From Dicyema japonicum (lineage: Eukaryota > Animalia > Dicyemida): 64,000 nucleotides of DNA. A program made the position numbers and the translations under genes. The first letter of the stretch is position 1; each line of letters starts with the position of its first letter. A model generated the notes under the pieces. The model saw only the letters and a program-made list of their open reading frames with translations. It searched no databases and was not told the DNA's origin. This document shows positions 57,780-64,000 of the stretch, in pieces. The DNA lies in assembly GCA_011109175.1 (NCBI GenBank), contig RDEW01000017.1, positions 1,100,279 through 1,164,278 of the forward strand, written 5' to 3'.

Positions 57780-59235
57780 ACATGACGAATGATCTCTTCA
57801 CACTGGCGTCATTCAACGCTCCAGGATTGAAAGAAAAACATAAAGGGAGGAAAGGATGGAAATGTGTGACTATGTCCGGATATACAACCATATTGATTAT
57901 GTTATATGTAAAAGATCTCTTCCTGCTTTACTAACAGACTTCCGCAGCTATGGAGGCACCATCACTTATAGTGATCATAAACTGCTGGTTGCACGTTTCA
58001 GAATGAAAAGATATTTCGGAATAGATGGAGCTAGAAAGAAGAGAGCTGGATCGTTTTATTGTGGAAAAATTATGCTTATGTGAGAAGACGCGTGAAGATT
58101 ATTGCATGGCAATTAAGAAGGAGATTGTGAACATAAATATGGAAAATCCCCAGGGATGATTTGGAATGCTACTGCTGATAGAATAAAGAAGGCAAGTTTC
58201 GACGTGCTTGGGGAAAAAAGGTTGGCAGGATTTAAAGAGGTCTTCGATAACTAAATTGGATCATTATCAACAAAACAAAAAAAATTGCGGCTGAGAATGG
58301 AATCGTGTACAAATAATGATACAACGAATTAAGAGAAAGAAATTGTATTGTCAAGGAGATTAGAAGGAGGAAGAAGGAAATTTATGTCAAGAAAATTTAC
58401 AAACGTGTCAGTGAAATTGAGAAATTGGGATACGGAACGCAAATGTGTCGAGCAGTTCGTCTTTTGCAGATGGGAGTTCACCTACGAATATTTGTATTCA
58501 CGACAGTCAAGGAAGACATTTATTGGATAATAAAGAAAAAACTGAGATTATTGCCGGACATTTTTCAGGACTTTTGAATGAAATTGAAACCTCATATGTG
58601 GAGCCATTTGAGAAATCACCAAGAAACCTGAATCTATCGATATNGAATTAAGAGAAAGAAATTGTATTGTCAAGGAGATTAGAAGGAGGAAGAAGGAAAT
58701 TTATGTCAAGAAAATTTACAAACGTGTCAGTGAAATTGAGAAATTGGGATACGGAACGCAAATGTGTCGAGCAGTTCGTCTTTTGCAGATGGGAGTTCAC
58801 CTACGAATATTTGTATTCACGACAGTCAAGGAAGACATTTATTGGATAATAAAGAAAAAACTGAGATTATTGCCGGACATTTTTCAGGACTTTTGAATGA
58901 AATTGAAACCTCATATGTGGAGCCATTTGAGAAATCACCAAGAAACCTGAATCTATCGATATCCACAGAGGAAACTCACCTGGCAATCATTGAATTAAAC
59001 AACAGCAGGAGGATCAGACAACATACATGAAGAAATGATCAAGTATGCATCAGGCGAACTGACAACCCTCATTACAAAGATTTTCAATAAGGTATTTGAG
59101 ACGCATTCCCCCTTGAAACTTGGTGATGGAATTTTGATTCCTCTGCATAAACCAGGAAAGAGCAAATGACAGATAAAAAATTTAAGACCAGTGATATTAC
59201 TGGGATCATTGAGGAAGATACTATCTTTGATAACC
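57780..59235 (+). mobile_element. Degraded RTE-like LINE (APE to RT start)
   Basis: LASFNAPG, YNHIDYVIC..SDHKLL and LIPLHKPGK..NLRPVILLGSLRKILS. Confidence 0.8.
58326..58962. repeat. Exact ~318-bp duplication across a single N (assembly overlap artefact)
   Basis: 58326-58643 is repeated at 58645-58962 with n at 58644. Confidence 0.9.
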
Positions 59236-60330
59236 GGATGTCTTCTGATATTTATGAATTTTCAATTCTCAGGCGGATGTTTCTTTGGCGCTCTGACATT
59301 TCCTTTAGTTTTGAATCATAATATGCGCAGTTGTTGTTCGAGCGGATGATTCTGTAGCCGATAGTGTCCGTCGCGGCCTGTTTAACGGCCTTGACTAACT
59401 TTTCCAGGAGAATATCCGGCTTTTCTTGCAAATTTTGTTGTGATGTGTGTTGCTCGATGTTGCCTTGAAATTTTCTCCGTTTCACGGTGTTGTTTATCAG
59501 TTCCTCTGTAGCTAGTATTCAAGGTTTAACGTTAGCTAGATTATTCTGGGCAGTGCTACCAAATAGTTTCCGTATGCATATCCGAGCCACCGTTATCCTA
59601 TGATCACTATTTGCTACAGCTCATCCATATGAGCGTGAGTCCAAGAGCAAGTTTTTATGTGCATTCTGACATAATGTATAATCTATTTGATTGCATATTG
59701 TAATCTCTCGGCCTTTTCTGTGGCCAGTCCATGTCGTCTTATGTCTGGCTGGATGTTGAAACGTCGTATTGTAGAGATAGAGACCAAATTCTAGGCAGAA
59801 CCCAAGTAGGGACTCTCCGGAAGAGTTTCGATGCCCTCTTCAGTGCCTTCCAATACATATTTCGCGGTCTTTCTTAATTCCTGCTTTGGCATTCCAGTCT
59901 CCTGCCAGAAACATGATTGCTGTTTTGTCCAGTTCGGTGCATATTTTCGAAAGGTTTTTTTTAATAAAATTCGTCCAACTCATCAGAGGTAACCAATTCT
60001 CTGACGGTATGGGGTGCCTATACGTTGATAATAGTTAACAGTTTATTCCCTGTTGGTTTTAGTTTGATTTGAAGAATCGCAATACGGTCATTGATACTCC
60101 ACACTTTGAACTCTCGATTTCTCAACAAAACTCAGACGGTGATCTTAGTCCATAGTGTCGGCATTCAGATGGTAGTAACATTAGGTGGCATTTTCAGTGA
60201 ACTTCATCGTGTCCTCCTGCAACTTTTGTCTCTTGAAATACATCAACTCCTTAACAGTCTAGGTCCTCGCACAGGATGTTCCGTTTCGAGCTCGCTGTCA
60301 GTACTCTAACATTAAATGAAGCGACAGTAA
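59236..60330 (-). mobile_element. Degraded RTE-like LINE 5' part (APE endonuclease)
   Basis: VASFNVR, INVYRHP, FLAGDWNAK, RHKTTWTG and NQIDYI..SDHR on the minus strand. Confidence 0.8.
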
Positions 60331-60629
60331 AAGTCGATCGAATAAAACATGTTTGAGACATAGCTAGAGAGGCACGTCACCACTTCAACCAAAATGTCAA
60401 GATTACAAATCTCTAAATTATTGTTAAAATGAGCTTTTAAAGTTCCAATCAAGCATATGACCACGTGGCATGTCTCTATGTTAGAATTATCGATTATTAT
60501 GCGGATTATTGATTGAAACTAAAGGTTAAATTTAAAAGAATCTATGATAATTTTAATTAATTTATTGTGGTTATAGGAAAACATCTAAATCTGTTTACAC
60601 ACGTGGTTAGTTTAGGTGGTCAGGTACCT

Positions 60630-61471
60630 NNNNNNNNNNNNNNNNNNNNNNNNNNNNNNNNNNNNNNNNNNNNNNNNNNNNNNNNNNNNNNNNNNNNNNN
60701 NNNNNNNNNNNNNNNNNNNNNNNNNNNNNNNNNNNNNNNNNNNNNNNNNNNNNNNNNNNNNNNNNNNNNNNNNNNNNNNNNNNNNNNNNNNNNNNNNNNN
60801 NNNNNNNNNNNNNNNNNNNNNNNNNNNNNNNNNNNNNNNNNNNNNNNNNNNNNNNNNNNNNNNNNNNNNNNNNNNNNNNNNNNNNNNNNNNNNNNNNNNN
60901 NNNNNNNNNNNNNNNNNNNNNNNNNNNNNNNNNNNNNNNNNNNNNNNNNNNNNNNNNNNNNNNNNNNNNNNNNNNNNNNNNNNNNNNNNNNNNNNNNNNN
61001 NNNNNNNNNNNNNNNNNNNNNNNNNNNNNNNNNNNNNNNNNNNNNNNNNNNNNNNNNNNNNNNNNNNNNNNNNNNNNNNNNNNNNNNNNNNNNNNNNNNN
61101 NNNNNNNNNNNNNNNNNNNNNNNNNNNNNNNNNNNNNNNNNNNNNNNNNNNNNNNNNNNNNNNNNNNNNNNNNNNNNNNNNNNNNNNNNNNNNNNNNNNN
61201 NNNNNNNNNNNNNNNNNNNNNNNNNNNNNNNNNNNNNNNNNNNNNNNNNNNNNNNNNNNNNNNNNNNNNNNNNNNNNNNNNNNNNNNNNNNNNNNNNNNN
61301 NNNNNNNNNNNNNNNNNNNNNNNNNNNNNNNNNNNNNNNNNNNNNNNNNNNNNNNNNNNNNNNNNNNNNNNNNNNNNNNNNNNNNNNNNNNNNNNNNNNN
61401 NNNNNNNNNNNNNNNNNNNNNNNNNNNNNNNNNNNNNNNNNNNNNNNNNNNNNNNNNNNNNNNNNNNNNNN
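60630..61471. other. Assembly gap (N run)
   Basis: 842 N characters. Confidence 1.
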
Positions 61472-61874
61472 NTATGAGATAGAGAGTCGACGCATGCAGT
61501 GCCCATACTAGTGGCTTCCTTTTCTCGAATGGAAAGATTGGTCTTAGCTTTCGTGGCACATCTCGTAATGTAAATGCCATTTCCATTTACCACTCACAAG
61601 AGCCATGTGCAGCAAAAGACAGAATTTCAGATGTAATCATCCTCAAGTTTTTTCGACTTTTAACATTTTTCTTATTGTTGGCAACCAAGAAACGAGCACG
61701 TCACCACATCAACAAACTAATTTTGTGAAGTCCTATCGTAGAAGTTTAGTAATGTTTTATTAAAACCTCCACGTGGGCAGGATGTGAACTTTTATTTAAG
61801 CAAATAAGAACAGTTATGCTAATTAATAAAAAAGGGCAATACATTAGGAATGTTCCTAACTTTTTTTTAATTTG

Positions 61875-61948
61875 TGTCACTCGTCAAACCTTGGGGCATC
61901 GTAGATGCGTGTAACCTTCAGTCACAATGAACAGCTGGGAGATTCGAA
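61875..61948 (-). mobile_element. Partial copy of SINE family A (B box plus core)
   Basis: Reverse complement ttcgaatctc..gctgttca..gaaggttacacgcatctacgatgcc..ggtttgacgagtgac matches 41298-41370. Confidence 0.7.
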
Positions 61949-62450
61949 TAAAGGAGCATCTGAACCACGAATATACCGGAAAGTGGTTGAAGTTACTTAA
62001 CGTCTAATTAAGGTATATCCAGTTCCTACGGTCGGAATGAAACGCATTTTGTCTAAGCATAACGTCCATCCTTAGGGGAACCTCTCTAGTTGAGTGTGGA
62101 AGAGATAGATCTTTTGTGAATGTCGGTCGGGTATTGGTAGGATCAACTGACTACTCTTAGGGGTAAGAAACACAAATCAGAACTGAATCCTCCACCGGGC
62201 GGTGGAAGATAGCAGTGTGGAAATCGGACCCCCAGCTAATCGCGACAACAATGATAATTATGTGTCACCAGAGGGAAAGAAAAGAAATCTTCAATCACAT
62301 GGCACCACATTAATACAAATATTTAGGTTATCATCCTAGTTTTCCTACTTTTAAAGTTTCATAAATAAGTAAATAAAAATCAAATTTTAAAATAATTAAT
62401 TTTATTATTTTAAATAATATAAATTTTTAGGTACATCGTTGGAAAGTAAA

Positions 62451-62854
62451 ATGCATTGGGATCCTTACAAAGTTTATCATCATACGCCTGAGGAATTGAG
62501 TTTGATGGCTAAACGAGCTGAACTCAGAAGTATCCGGAAGGAGCAGTTCAAGAAATTAGTATCCAGTCCACTAAAACCATCTAACTCAACAATTGTATTA
62601 TAAAATAAGCAGTTATAGTTCGATCCGGCCGCTCAGAGATATTTTTCAATGAGATGTGTCCCTCACGAATATTTCAGACCAACCCCCAAGGCTTTGATTG
62701 GGAGTTTTCTATTATATGCGTTGCCTGTCATATTCATCAGTTATAATCTTTATAAAAGAATAGTTTTGTATTTTGTTTACTATAGAATGAAAATGACCGT
62801 AAACGACGAACAGGAGAAATTATGTCGAAGGATGTCCTTAACAAACTTTGTTAA
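62451..62854 (+). CDS. NDUFB4: NADH dehydrogenase 1 beta subcomplex subunit 4 (B15); introns 62595-62618, 62763-62785
   Basis: TPEELSLMAKRAELR...FDPAAQRYFSMR..HEYFRPTPK, one transmembrane helix, then RTGEI. Confidence 0.85.
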
Positions 62855-62887
62855 CTTTACTAATATAATCTCACTTTTCTTAATTTT

Positions 62888-63064
62888 ATTAATTATTTTT
62901 AGCAAAAAACATATTGAAAAATTTATTAAAATAAAGTTAGTTGCTTTCTAAGGTCTCTATTATGGCCTGCAGGCATTAATTATTTTTAGCAAAAAACATA
63001 TTGAAAAATTTATTAAAATAAAGTTAGTTGCTTTCTAAGGTCTCTATTATGGCCTGCAGGCATT
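62888..63064. repeat. Perfect 87-bp tandem duplication
   Basis: 62888-62974 equals 62975-63061. Confidence 0.9.
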
Positions 63065-63399
63065 GAGCACGCAATGGGGGTTACCTCTCATGATCGTGAA
63101 TCCAATGTTCTGGAAGAGGCATCCCGTCATTTTAGGCTCACCCTTCCGCAGTCCTGCAAGCCGCCTAATTGACCTGATAAACTCAGACGTGCTCAGACCA
63201 ATAACGCCAGAAGTCTCAACCAGGGCCGTTCCCAGGGGGCCATAGGGGCAGCGGATTTAAGCCATAGAGTTCATGTTATTAATTTATACTCACTTTTTTT
63301 CTCGATGTTTTTTCACATAGACAAGATCAACGGCTATTAATCTCCGTGTTCTATTGACAGGGCTAAAGACCTCGAGCGAAGTGGTTTTAATCGATGGCA

Positions 63400-64000
63400 G
63401 ATGCTTGTTCGCCGTGAATTCCCTTATCGCTCTAGAATTTATGAACATGAAAGAAATCCTGATTACAAAAATGCAATGCGTGGATATTTGGATGTTGCAG
63501 CAAGACTTGATATTTTGAGTGAGAAAAAAAAATGACGACTTATCGTTGAACGAATTGTCTATGTTGTTTTTCTCCTTAGTTAGTTAGTTTTTCTCCTTGA
63601 AGAGATAATATCGGGTTTCGAGGTCATAGAGACGAAGGAATTTCAAAGTTGGTGAACGATGATTCCTATGAAACCTATTCTGGAAACTTTTTGGCGATAA
63701 TCAAATTATAATGATGTTGTTTTGTTGGAAACTGCAGAAGATGATGAATACGCGCAACAAGGTCAACTATCTGTCTAATAGGAGCCAGAATGAAATAATC
63801 AATGATTTGATTAAAGAGACTGTCTTACACAGATACAAACATATTTGGGGTCTTCAATGTCAAATCAGTCAAGTTTATCTTTGATCAGCTTAGAAAAAAA
63901 ATTCCTGACAAGCGAGGTGAAAGAAGCTGTGGTACATACTTTTGTGGTGACATGGAAGCAAGTGACTTTGTTTATTGTTAATGAATTTAATCATGATGCA
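63400..64000 (+). mobile_element. Possible degraded hAT-type transposase remnant
   Basis: KVNYLSNRSQNEIINDLI resembles the YLS..IQNELI motif of hAT transposases; many stops. Confidence 0.4.

Noticed and set aside
58326-58962. Tandem 318-bp duplication
   Set aside because: Exact copies separated by a single N indicate an unmerged contig overlap
60567-61593. Long 288-328 aa ORFs in the track
   Set aside because: They consist of the N gap
62888-63064. Perfect 87-bp tandem repeat as a regulatory element
   Set aside because: Non-coding, two identical copies in an error-prone assembly; probably an artefact

Overview
AT-rich animal (metazoan) genomic scaffold with compact genes split by about 90 ultra-short spliceosomal introns, nearly all 20-30 nt with a mode of 23-24 nt. 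This architecture is known from dicyemids and some other reduced parasites such as myxozoans; the lineage is inferred, not proven. After manual splicing, twelve host genes are recognisable: AKAP17A, an unnamed Ser/Lys/Arg-rich protein, a WASP/N-WASP-family actin nucleation-promoting factor, UBE2K, ATP2C1/SPCA, NDUFS7, a highly divergent G-alpha, KAT7/HBO1-like MYST, WDR70, CHD3/4 (Mi-2), class I aldolase and NDUFB4. They sit as islands among decayed non-LTR retrotransposons (RTE-like, I/Jockey-group including a 2A-bearing copy, CRE-like, R4/NeSL-like), tRNA-derived SINEs and a Buster-type hAT deletion derivative. Points of most interest: a G-alpha lacking its catalytic and guanine-binding residues; a WASP with no CRIB motif and a 20-aa repeat insert; two candidate GT-TG micro-introns; a tandemly duplicated intron in KAT7; and two LINE 3' ends inserted head-to-head within one target-site duplication. 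About 18 single-base frameshifts occur in otherwise intact genes and are most likely consensus errors. The window also has one 842-N gap and some likely assembly-artefact duplications.
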